This document shows, one piece after another, positions 48,343 through 56,902 of a stretch of 64,000 bases of DNA. Within the stretch, counting starts at the first letter, position 1; each line of letters starts with the position of its first letter. The notes below the pieces were generated by a model. It searched no databases, was not told the origin of the DNA, and worked only from the letters and a program-made list of their open reading frames with translations. The stretch lies in IMG/VR virus record IMGVR_UViG_3300045131_002929, positions 64,001 through 128,000 of that record. One strand, 5' to 3'. The translations under genes were made by a program, and so were the position numbers. This DNA comes from a virus.

Positions 48343-48966
48343 ATGGGAATCAAAGCTGAGATGGTTGATCTCGCAGCCAGGATCGCGATGGGAGGCGTCC
48401 ACGCGGCTCCTTTCGGCGCGATAGGCGGAGTGTCGGGCGTCATGAATTCGGACTCGACGGGCGGCGCGCTCGTCGGCGGCCCGCTCGGCGCGCTGGGCGG
48501 GGCCGGGGTCGGCTTCTTGGGCGGCGCGCTGGGCCGCGGCCACGAGGCAGGCACTATACAGGCCCTCAAAGCCCTGGAGTCGATCGCGGCAGGCGGTGCC
48601 GGCGGCGTGGTCAACGAGGACTTCTCGGACGACACCTCGCACAAGGTGCTGTCGGGCATGCTGCTCGGCGGCGGCCTCAGGGCCGGGCGCGAGCTAGGCA
48701 AAGGCGTAGGCAGGCTGACAGGCGCGAGCGGCGAGGGGGCGGCCAAGTCCGTAGCCAAAGAGATACCGGAGGGCGAGGCCGCCAAGGGAATAGGCGCGGG
48801 CGGCCACCTGGCCAGCTTCCTGACCTCGGCCCTGGCGATGCCGGTGGCAGGCGCGGCCGGCATGGGCCTCGGCCGTAAGGTCGAGCAGCAGCACAAGGAA
48901 AGAAGAGCCGATAAGGATCAGCATAGAAGGCTGGTCGATATGCTGATGGCGAAACGTAGCAAGTAA
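48343..48966 (+). CDS. Glycine-zipper probable internal virion protein
   Basis: Repeated GxxxG hydrophobic segments; AAAGGA RBS. Confidence 0.55.
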   Translation: MGIKAEMVDLAARIAMGGVHAAPFGAIGGVSGVMNSDSTGGALVGGPLGALGGAGVGFLGGALGRGHEAGTIQALKALESIAAGGAGGVVNEDFSDDTSHKVLSGMLLGGGLRAGRELGKGVGRLTGASGEGAAKSVAKEIPEGEAAKGIGAGGHLASFLTSALAMPVAGAAGMGLGRKVEQQHKERRADKDQHRRLVDMLMAKRSK

Positions 48967-48984
48967 GACGAGCGTTCATATCTT

Positions 48985-49024
48985 AAAAGCGCGTTTCCGC
49001 TATTGCGGGGGCGCGCTTTTTTTT
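48985..49024 (+). terminator. Intrinsic terminator
   Basis: AAAAGCGCGTTTCCGC...GCGGGGGCGCGCTTTTTTTT. Confidence 0.75.
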
Positions 49025-49037
49025 ATCGAGGTGGAAT

Positions 49038-49286
49038 ATGAAAACAAACGACGTCCGGGCCATGATGGCCGGAGCGGAGAAGGCGGGCCGGCTCGTCGCC
49101 GGCGGCGCGGCGGCCGTGGCGAAGGCCCACGACGAGATGCTGACCAGGGGCAGGCTGCGGGCCGCGCTTTCGCTGGCGGGCGGCATTCTGGACCTGATGG
49201 GCCACGGAGATAGCCGGCGGCCGCAGCAGGTGGAGATCATCGAAGCGCGCGTCATAGACGCCGAGCCGAAAACGAGGAAAAAATGA
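49038..49286 (+). CDS. Small hypothetical protein
   Basis: GAGGTG RBS; flanked by terminators. Confidence 0.55.
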   Translation: MKTNDVRAMMAGAEKAGRLVAGGAAAVAKAHDEMLTRGRLRAALSLAGGILDLMGHGDSRRPQQVEIIEARVIDAEPKTRKK

Positions 49287-49295
49287 GCGTACGCG

Positions 49296-49323
49296 GGCGG
49301 AGTGGCGGCTCCGCCTTTTTTTT
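49296..49323 (+). terminator. Intrinsic terminator
   Basis: GGCGGAG-TGGCGG-CTCCGCC followed by a T-tract. Confidence 0.85.
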
Positions 49324-49340
49324 AACTGGCCCGGCCGGAC

Positions 49341-49369
49341 TGGACAAAGGTAGTGGGCGGGGTTATCTT
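49341..49369 (+). promoter_or_regulatory. Sigma-70-like promoter
   Basis: TGGACA-17 nt-TATCTT right after a terminator. Confidence 0.5.
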
Positions 49370-49374
49370 CATAC

Positions 49375-49631
49375 AAGCCACCCATTCCGTTGTCGGGTGG
49401 AGACCGATGTTATAGGATGCGGATTATGATTCAGCGGTTTGACCGTTCATAAAAACCAAGTGGACTGTCTATCCGCAAAGAAAACAAAATCAAGCATCAT
49501 AAGCGCGGAAGACGGATAGGGCAAAAAAACAGGGCCGGCTAGGCCCGAAGTCACGCCTGCGGACAGCTATGAAGCTGGTGGAAGCAGGAACTTAACCGAT
49601 ACGCACTTGTGCGTATCAGAAAGCAGGAACT
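49375..49631 (+). ncRNA. Candidate structured RNA / 5' leader
   Basis: No long ORF; several stem-loops and a direct repeat AAGCAGGAACT. Confidence 0.35.
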
Positions 49632-49635
49632 CGAA

Positions 49636-49968
49636 ATGTCAAACTGGAACATGAGGCGGGCGGCTTATCTGACCGGTTATATGAGCGGCGGAATGAGCAA
49701 GCAGGCCGATAACGCGAAGACGATGACAAACCTCGAGGAGATGGGCACCTCAGTATCAGGCAAGGCCCTGGGTGCCGTGCAGGGCATCGACGAGCAGCAG
49801 CTCGCCAAGCTGGTCATGGCGATCGTCGGGGCGGGCGGCGGAAAACTCGCGTCCAACTACCTTATGCCTAAGTTCATCCAGGACAGCCCCTACGGCGGGA
49901 TCGCCGACCTCGCCGCTGTCGGCGGCGGCGGGCTGGCCGGATACATGGCGGCAGGAAACAAAGCCTAA
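49636..49968 (+). CDS. Probable internal virion protein with leader motif
   Basis: RRAAYLTGYMSGGMSKQA then two Gly-rich hydrophobic segments. Confidence 0.55.
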   Translation: MSNWNMRRAAYLTGYMSGGMSKQADNAKTMTNLEEMGTSVSGKALGAVQGIDEQQLAKLVMAIVGAGGGKLASNYLMPKFIQDSPYGGIADLAAVGGGGLAGYMAAGNKA

Positions 49969-49988
49969 GAAAAAAAGAGGACCGGCAT

Positions 49989-51161
49989 ATGATGACCGAC
50001 TTCGAGAAAGCGGCGTTCTACGCCGGCTATACCTCCGGCGGGCTGCGCAAGACGGCTGCCGGAAGTTCTACCAACACCGATGCGGCCGACGCGCCGGTGA
50101 TAGGCGGTCAGCAGGTCGACGAGGTGAAACAGGCCGGAGCCCCGCCACCGAAGCCTCAGCAGCAGCAGCAGCAGCAGCAGGCCGCCGGCAGTCCCTCTGT
50201 GCCGACGACGGAGGGGCCGTCCTGGCTGGAGCGCAACGGCGAGACCGTCAGCAAGATAGGTGTGCCGCTGCTCGGCGCGTGGCTGACCAACCAACTCTTC
50301 GGCAGCAAAGTGATGTCAGGGGCGGCCGGACTAGGCATCTACAGCATGCTGCCGAGCAACTTCAATTTGTTCGGGAAGGGGTCAAGCGCGCCTGGCGGCA
50401 TTTCAAACGTGGAAAAGGCAGAGCAGATTCAAAAGAGTCAACAGCAGAACACGGCAGCCGTGGGTGGAAATCCTAAAGCCACGACGGCTGATAGGAAAAC
50501 GGCCGCGCGGGCCTCCATGAACAGCGACATAGACGTTCTCAACACCAAGGCTGACACGGTACTGGCTGTTCTTAACGACAAGCAGGTCACACTCCAGGAT
50601 AAAGATGTGGCCGCCAGCAACGGACGCGAGATCAAGGATTTCGTCGAGTCGGCCCTGGCTAACGGGGGCGTTCCAAAGGCTTTCTTTGATCCTGGTAAAT
50701 CTAAAATATGGGCGGCGTACTCGGCTATGTACCCAGGACCAGCTTCCAGTATCCTAAATGCACTGAATAAAAAACAAGGATACATGCCGAATGACCCGAA
50801 TGGGTCGATCACAGGCCAAGGCGATGAGATGCGCTACTCGTCCCGCCCATTCAGAACGTCAACAAAATGGCCTGGTCTATACCGCGATTCGGCCATACAG
50901 GGTTTCCACGGACTTGGTTTGACGAACGGAGACCAGTCTAGCGAGCTTGGCGATCCTGCGCTGCCTTACTGGATCAGGCATACTTTGGGAGGTGCGGCCA
51001 GCGCGGCGGATACAGTAGAGCCGTATATAACAATGACGCACCCGGTAGGATGGGTCAAGGCGGCTCTTCGTGAAAATCCGTTGGATATGAGCAAGCAGAC
51101 TGTTATACCCAACACACAGCTGTACAACTACTTATATCCAGACGCCATAAAGTATAAATAG
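49989..51161 (+). CDS. Probable internal virion protein with leader motif
   Basis: EKAAFYAGYTSGGLRKTAA; poly-Q; lower-GC 3' half. Confidence 0.55.
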   Translation: MMTDFEKAAFYAGYTSGGLRKTAAGSSTNTDAADAPVIGGQQVDEVKQAGAPPPKPQQQQQQQQAAGSPSVPTTEGPSWLERNGETVSKIGVPLLGAWLTNQLFGSKVMSGAAGLGIYSMLPSNFNLFGKGSSAPGGISNVEKAEQIQKSQQQNTAAVGGNPKATTADRKTAARASMNSDIDVLNTKADTVLAVLNDKQVTLQDKDVAASNGREIKDFVESALANGGVPKAFFDPGKSKIWAAYSAMYPGPASSILNALNKKQGYMPNDPNGSITGQGDEMRYSSRPFRTSTKWPGLYRDSAIQGFHGLGLTNGDQSSELGDPALPYWIRHTLGGAASAADTVEPYITMTHPVGWVKAALRENPLDMSKQTVIPNTQLYNYLYPDAIKYK

Positions 51162-51173
51162 AAAGTATCAAGT

Positions 51174-51737
51174 ATGACGCAGTACAGGGGCTTCACGCAG
51201 GTGGCCGGCGACGACTTCTACGCCGAGGATCCGATCAACGGGATGACAGTCATCCCGGCCGAGCACGGCGAGGGCGGCGTGGACACGCCGGACGGGCCGC
51301 GCAGGTACCCTCAAGTCAAAGTCAAGAAGGTGGAGATCGTGGACGGCCAGGACCATGTGGTGGAGGAGGTCAGCGTATGCGGCCCTTCTTTCGCAGATGG
51401 TGGAAAATCGCCGGCCGACCATAGGAAAGCGAAGCAGCCGAAAGGCCGGGCCGCGAAGGCGCAGACCGAGCCCGCGGCCAGGGAGGGCGTCAAGCTCACC
51501 CAGGTGAAGATAATAGGGCCCTTCGGAACGGCCGCGATACCCTGCGAGAGGGTGTTCCAGGATGGGAACATGCTTGTGCTCGTGACGCCGCCCGACGGCG
51601 CGTTCATATCGCCGCCCGCCTCCGACGAGACGGTGATCGTGTCGTGGGCCGGGCGCGAGCTGGAGGCGTACCCTGTGGACGTGGCTTTCCAGGATCCGTC
51701 GGACGGTAGAAGGTTCATGGTTCTCATAACAGGATGA
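51174..51737 (+). CDS. Hypothetical protein
   Basis: ORF directly upstream of portal-like gene. Confidence 0.6.
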   Translation: MTQYRGFTQVAGDDFYAEDPINGMTVIPAEHGEGGVDTPDGPRRYPQVKVKKVEIVDGQDHVVEEVSVCGPSFADGGKSPADHRKAKQPKGRAAKAQTEPAAREGVKLTQVKIIGPFGTAAIPCERVFQDGNMLVLVTPPDGAFISPPASDETVIVSWAGRELEAYPVDVAFQDPSDGRRFMVLITG

Positions 51738-51741
51738 CAGC

Positions 51742-53550
51742 ATGCCCTCCAATATATTCACGAACGACCTCAGGCTTACCAGCCCCCATTGGCGCGAGTA
51801 CGGCTCCCCTTTCTCTACATACGCAAGAGCTTTATATCCGACGACTTTAGAAGAAGTTTTTAATTGGTCGGAATTTCTGTGGCTTCATAACGGTTTGTAT
51901 TCCAAGGCTTTACAAAGAGCGGTCCGTTATTTCATAACGCAGATCGAGGTCACAGGCGTCCGCGACTACAAGATCCGCCGCAAGTACTCCGACTACCTAT
52001 GCGACAAGCTCGGGATCATGAACATGCTGGCCCAGGTCGGCGACGACCACGTAGCTTACGGCAACGCCTTCGTCTCCATGTTCAAACCTTTCAACCGGAA
52101 CCTGATCTGCCCGAAATGCGGACTGTACCGACCGGCTGAGGTCGTGGACTACAGCTTCACGGGCTTCCAGTTCGTGGCCAAATGCTCCAAGTGCCACGTC
52201 AAAGGCCCGCAGGACGTCAAAGACATCCCGACGTCCACCGACGATCTCAGACTCATCCGCTGGAACCCGCGGTCCATCGAGCTCGAGTACCACTCGCTGT
52301 CCGGCGAGAAGCGCTTCTTCTATGAGCCGCACGCCAAGGTCAAAGGCGCGATCAACAGGGGCGACCGCATCGTGGTTGAGAACACCCCGATGGAGATGCT
52401 CGAGGCGGTCAAGAACAACCAGAAGTTCCTGTTCAACCGAGGCGAGATCTACCACATGGCCAGCGGCGTGCCCGCGTCCTTCGTCGACGACACCGCCGGC
52501 TGGGGCCTGCCGCCCTTCCTGCCCAACTTCGAGCAGGTGGTGCAGCTGCAGATGCTGACTCGGTTCAACGAGGCCATCATGATGGACTACCTCGTGCCGC
52601 TTCGGCTGTTCTCGCCCGGATCGCGCGGCGGCGAGGCCGGCGACCCGCTGATCAACATCGACACAGGCCGTTTCATGCGGTCCATCGAGAACATGGTCAG
52701 GCAGCACCGCAGGGACCCGACGTCCTACCATTCCGTGCCCTACCCGGTGAACTATCAGGCCATCGGCGGCGAGGCCAAGCAGCTCGCGCCGGTGGAGATG
52801 CTCGAATACGCCACCGGCTCCCTGCTCAGCTCCATGGGCATACCGCAGGAGCTGTACAAGGAGTCGCTGGGCGCGGGCGGGCCGCCGATCGGCCTGCGCA
52901 TGTTCGAGCGCAGCTGGACTGGCTTCGCGTCCGATCTGAACCGCTTTCTGGACTGGGTGACCGGCAAATGCGTGGAGCACCTCATGTGGGAGGACGTCCG
53001 CGTGAGGCTCGTCAAGACCTCCATCTACGAGGACGACGAGGTCCGCCAGACCAAGCTGAATCTGCTCGGCGCCAACAAAGTCTCCAACACGACGGCCTTC
53101 ATGGCCTTCAACATCGACTATGAGTACGAGGTCGACAAGATCCTCGACGAGCAGGCCATGTTCGACGAGAAGGTGGCGGAGATGCAGAAGAAACAGCAGG
53201 ACGCGCAGCAGAACATGCAGATGATGGCGACGCCAGGCCCAGCGCCCGCGGCGGGCGGCCCGCCAGCCCAAGGTGGCGGCCCAGGCGGCGCGGCAGCCCC
53301 GGCGGCCCCCTCGCCAGGCGGTGGCGGCGGCACGCTGGAGGACATGGACATGCAGGCGGACCAGACCGCACAGCAGATCATAGCCATGCCTTCTGGACAA
53401 AGGCGCTCCCAGCTGCTAAACTTAAAGAAGACGAACGACGCGCTGCACGCGCTGGTCGTCTCGAAGATACAAGCCTACGAGAACCAGGCCGGCCAGACCG
53501 GCGTCAATATGACCAGGCAGGGGCAGATCCCTGTGGGGCAGCAACAATAA
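51742..53550 (+). CDS. Probable portal protein with zinc-ribbon insertion
   Basis: 602 aa; 'DHVAYGNAFV', 'WNPRSI', 'EIYHM', 'WGLP', 'MGIPQEL' portal-like pattern; CPKC...CSKC insertion. Confidence 0.65.
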   Translation: MPSNIFTNDLRLTSPHWREYGSPFSTYARALYPTTLEEVFNWSEFLWLHNGLYSKALQRAVRYFITQIEVTGVRDYKIRRKYSDYLCDKLGIMNMLAQVGDDHVAYGNAFVSMFKPFNRNLICPKCGLYRPAEVVDYSFTGFQFVAKCSKCHVKGPQDVKDIPTSTDDLRLIRWNPRSIELEYHSLSGEKRFFYEPHAKVKGAINRGDRIVVENTPMEMLEAVKNNQKFLFNRGEIYHMASGVPASFVDDTAGWGLPPFLPNFEQVVQLQMLTRFNEAIMMDYLVPLRLFSPGSRGGEAGDPLINIDTGRFMRSIENMVRQHRRDPTSYHSVPYPVNYQAIGGEAKQLAPVEMLEYATGSLLSSMGIPQELYKESLGAGGPPIGLRMFERSWTGFASDLNRFLDWVTGKCVEHLMWEDVRVRLVKTSIYEDDEVRQTKLNLLGANKVSNTTAFMAFNIDYEYEVDKILDEQAMFDEKVAEMQKKQQDAQQNMQMMATPGPAPAAGGPPAQGGGPGGAAAPAAPSPGGGGGTLEDMDMQADQTAQQIIAMPSGQRRSQLLNLKKTNDALHALVVSKIQAYENQAGQTGVNMTRQGQIPVGQQQ

Positions 53551-53560
53551 GGAGCCTAAA

Positions 53561-54421
53561 ATGGCCGACACATGGACCATGTACAAGCAAGCGTCGCGCG
53601 CGTTGAGCAAAAAAGCCGGGGCCAGCAGGCCGCAGCCGGCCGTCAAGCGGATCGCCAAGTCGGCCGCCGAGTCCGCGGCATGCCCGGCCATCAACAAGAT
53701 CGCCTTCATGGAAGGCTACATGAGCAAGCGCGCCGCATCATTGTTGGACGGGGCCAAAAAGTTTTTTGGTGTGGGCGGCGGCGGGGGCGGTGGCGGCGGG
53801 GGCGGCTTGACACGGGAAGTGGTGAATCAGTATTCCCACTTCGTCGAGCCGAGCACGTTAGATGCCCTCAAAGTTTTGAAAAAGGCTAGGATACAAGCAG
53901 TAGGCGATCCAGCGGATACCGCGTTCAAGGTCGCCTACAACAATGCCGACACGCAGACACAGGCTGCATACGACTTACTGTTCCGTAAGTATAAGAATGG
54001 GCTCAGAGCAGAAGACTTAAAAATCGGGCATGCGCTGGGGGAGGGCGAAGGCTTCGAACACCTCAGCGACGCACAGAAAGACGTTGTCTACACGCACAAC
54101 CCAAAGATGGGCGCGAAAAGACCGGCGCATATAAGGGCCCGCGCTATGAACGCGAATCCCCTGGACGCTTTCGGTAAGAAGCACAATATAGATCCTTCTG
54201 ATGATGCGGAGTTGGCTCTGCTTTTCAACACCAACCCCGCCACCCGGATCGAGTACGAAGACATCTTTAAGCAGATGAAAACGGATGACGCCATAGCGGC
54301 GGCCTCGGAGAAGCCGAGCATGCTCGGGCCTTTGGCCATGGGCGCCGGCGTGACCGGCGCAGGCGTGGTCGGCGGCGGCCTGATGTTCGGGGGCGGCAGC
54401 AAGAACGGCGACCTCGCTTAA
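53561..54421 (+). CDS. Probable internal virion protein with leader motif
   Basis: AAGGAG RBS; NKIAFMEGYMSKRAA; poly-Gly; hydrophobic C-terminus. Confidence 0.55.
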   Translation: MADTWTMYKQASRALSKKAGASRPQPAVKRIAKSAAESAACPAINKIAFMEGYMSKRAASLLDGAKKFFGVGGGGGGGGGGGLTREVVNQYSHFVEPSTLDALKVLKKARIQAVGDPADTAFKVAYNNADTQTQAAYDLLFRKYKNGLRAEDLKIGHALGEGEGFEHLSDAQKDVVYTHNPKMGAKRPAHIRARAMNANPLDAFGKKHNIDPSDDAELALLFNTNPATRIEYEDIFKQMKTDDAIAAASEKPSMLGPLAMGAGVTGAGVVGGGLMFGGGSKNGDLA

Positions 54422-54444
54422 AGCTCCGTAGAGAAGTTCCAGCA

Positions 54445-54470
54445 GGGGCCAAGCGCGGCCCCTTTCTTTT
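54445..54470 (+). terminator. Intrinsic terminator
   Basis: GGGGCC-AAGCGC-GGCCCC-TTTCTTTT. Confidence 0.65.
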
Positions 54471-54491
54471 AACTCTTCCCGCGGAACCCCC

Positions 54492-55412
54492 ATGCCAGAC
54501 ATCCCCAAAGACGAAGCGGCGCCCTGGTCGCTCAACTCCGCGCTGAACGCCTGGAACGGAGCCACGGGCAACTCGCCCCTCGTGCAGGGCCTGGCCCTCG
54601 GGCTGCCCACATACTTCCTCACCAAATGGCTAGGGCAGAAAGCCGAGTGGGAGTACGCCCAAAGGGCCGCGGAAGCCATCGACGACCCGGAGGAGCGGGC
54701 CAAGTTCCTGGCGGACTCGTACAACGGCAAGGCCTCCGGCAGGCTGGCCGCCATCTTAGGCTCCGGCGTCGGCCTTTCGCCTCTGCTTTTCAACACAGGC
54801 AACATCGTCAACTCGCTGAAAAGCGACAACCCGCTCGGCAACCTGGGCAAATCCGTGCTATCCTACGCGCCGGTCGACAGCTGGAGCTTCGGCGGCTCTA
54901 AGGCGCCGGCCGCGCCGCCTAAGGAAGGGAAGACCCCGGGCATTGAGAAAAATGAGGCTGAGATCGAGAAGCTGGCCGACTACTACATGCGCGACCCGTA
55001 CCCTACTGAGCGCCGGTCGGCCTCGGACATGACGCTCGGCAGATCGTTCGTCATGCCGATCATCCGCCCGCCGATGTTCCTGCACGAGCAGGACATCCCG
55101 CAGCACAACTCCATGGAGCTGCTGGCGACCCAGCAGCCGGTGCTCGGCGGCCATCTGACGCACACGCTGACGAACGGGCTGGCCAACGCGGAGCCGGGCG
55201 GGTCGGGCATGATCAGCACTTCGGACATATTCCACGGCTTGGTCGGCGCCGGCGTGGGCGCCGCGGCCGGCTGGGGCCTGGCCCATGTCATGGGCACCAT
55301 CTTCGCCCAGCCGCCGGCTTTGAAGAATAAAATGGCCCAGTACGGGGCCATCGGCGGGGCTATACTAAACTCTGGGCTGGTGCCGAAGGCGGCCGGCTAC
55401 CTTCTTAAGTAG
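54492..55412 (+). CDS. Probable virion protein with hydrophobic Gly-rich segments
   Basis: EKLAD motif; GAGVGAAAGWG. Confidence 0.55.
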   Translation: MPDIPKDEAAPWSLNSALNAWNGATGNSPLVQGLALGLPTYFLTKWLGQKAEWEYAQRAAEAIDDPEERAKFLADSYNGKASGRLAAILGSGVGLSPLLFNTGNIVNSLKSDNPLGNLGKSVLSYAPVDSWSFGGSKAPAAPPKEGKTPGIEKNEAEIEKLADYYMRDPYPTERRSASDMTLGRSFVMPIIRPPMFLHEQDIPQHNSMELLATQQPVLGGHLTHTLTNGLANAEPGGSGMISTSDIFHGLVGAGVGAAAGWGLAHVMGTIFAQPPALKNKMAQYGAIGGAILNSGLVPKAAGYLLK

Positions 55413-55483
55413 GCCGGCTCGGACCGGCCTGCGGGCAATCAACAGACGCGCGTCTCGGCGTGTCGGAAAGGCGGCTGATCGAA

Positions 55484-55714
55484 ATGGCTGACGTGAACGC
55501 ATTAAACAGAGTGCTGCTGCCTACTGCGGTGGGCTCGCTGGCGGGGTACGGAGTCGGCTCCATGGACGCGCCGACGTCCGAGGACGTCAAGATCGCGCTT
55601 ACCGAGCACAGCCGCAAGCGCATAGAGGAGGCGATGGACTCGCTGGTCAGGACGCGCAGGGTCGAGGAGCTCAAACGAAAGGTGCTAGGCGATGGCCAGA
55701 CCCTCAGGCTTTGA
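55484..55714 (+). CDS. Small hypothetical protein
   Basis: Hydrophobic segment followed by a charged helix. Confidence 0.5.
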   Translation: MADVNALNRVLLPTAVGSLAGYGVGSMDAPTSEDVKIALTEHSRKRIEEAMDSLVRTRRVEELKRKVLGDGQTLRL

Positions 55715-56015
55715 CGCCAAGTACGGCGCGCAGTGGTTCGACGGGCTGCCTTTCAAAGGCGCCCCCATGGACATAAAGAAAGGCGACCCCGACGACAAGC
55801 AGCCCGTGCTCAAGCGCGACGTGAAGATAAGGCAGTTCGACACCTCCTCGCCCGAGGATATGGCCGCATGGCAGGGCGTGATGCAGCAGGTGGCCGACGG
55901 CCTGTCGGTCGTCTCGTTCGAGGAGAAGCAGTATGTGCCCGAAACCAAATCCTGGCGGGTATTGGTCAGGTGGTTCGAGGAGTACTACACCAACCCGGAG
56001 ACACCCCCGAAATGA
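55692..56015 (+). CDS. Hypothetical protein (107 aa)
   Basis: Coding-like composition; ATGA overlap with next gene. Confidence 0.6.
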   Translation: MARPSGFDAKYGAQWFDGLPFKGAPMDIKKGDPDDKQPVLKRDVKIRQFDTSSPEDMAAWQGVMQQVADGLSVVSFEEKQYVPETKSWRVLVRWFEEYYTNPETPPK

Positions 56016-56887
56016 ATCCACTCATAGCAGATCAGGTGGCAGGCGTAGGCCAAGGCCTGCTGGACGCCTCCAAAGCGAACAAAGAATATGTCGACAAGGC
56101 CATAACGGCCGGCGGGCTGTCCGCCCTCGCGTCCGTGCTGATGGGCCTCGCCATGCGGCAGGGCAAGAAGAAGCCGGACCAGGGCAAGAAGCTCAGCGAG
56201 AGCCTGCAGCTCGGCGACCTGTACTCCGATTCGGCCGATCCCGCGGAGGCTATGCGGCGGATATACAAGGCCGGCGGCGAGAAGACCGCCATGGACAAGG
56301 CGGACCTGCTGGTCGGCGGCACCGGGCTGGCCATGGCGTCGGCGGCGCCCGCGGTCATGTTCGCGAACGTCATGAAGCAGCGCAAATCGGAATCCGCGTT
56401 GGACGTCTCCAAGAAAAAGCTGCACGACGCCTTGGCGCGCTACCACCATCTGCTCAAGAAGGAGACGCTGTCGGGCTCCGGGGTCGAGGTGGACGAGCTC
56501 AAGGATAAGGCGCACGCCATAGTCAAAGAGGGGGCCGAGAAGCTGAGCGTGCCGATGGCGACGCTGCTTAGCGGACTCGGAATAGCGGGCGGCGCGGGCG
56601 GTTTCAACATAGCGTACGACCAGGGCGCCAAACGGACGGAAGGCGCGGTGGCCATGAAGAAGATGCGCGAGGCCATCGAAAAGCAGCAGCGGCTGCAGGG
56701 CGCGCCGGCCACGGCGGACGTCGGCATGACGCCCGAGGAGATGATAGCCTACGAGGCCCTGCGCAGGGAGCATTCCGGCAAAGGCCGCAAGGCGCGCGTG
56801 GCCCAGCCCGCCGCGGAGGATCAGCGGAGTTCGGTGTCGGCCAGTCCGGACGACCCCGCCTTGAAGGATTTATTGGCGTCCGTCTAA
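56012..56887 (+). CDS. Probable virion protein with K-x-A motifs
   Basis: EKTAM and EKLSV each precede hydrophobic segments. Confidence 0.55.
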   Translation: MNPLIADQVAGVGQGLLDASKANKEYVDKAITAGGLSALASVLMGLAMRQGKKKPDQGKKLSESLQLGDLYSDSADPAEAMRRIYKAGGEKTAMDKADLLVGGTGLAMASAAPAVMFANVMKQRKSESALDVSKKKLHDALARYHHLLKKETLSGSGVEVDELKDKAHAIVKEGAEKLSVPMATLLSGLGIAGGAGGFNIAYDQGAKRTEGAVAMKKMREAIEKQQRLQGAPATADVGMTPEEMIAYEALRREHSGKGRKARVAQPAAEDQRSSVSASPDDPALKDLLASV

Positions 56888-56902
56888 AATAGGTGCTATG
56901 CC

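Noticed and set aside
49375-49631. tmRNA or tRNA gene
   Set aside because: No tRNA-like acceptor or T-arm ends and no tag reading frame ending in AA; kept only as a generic structured-RNA candidate
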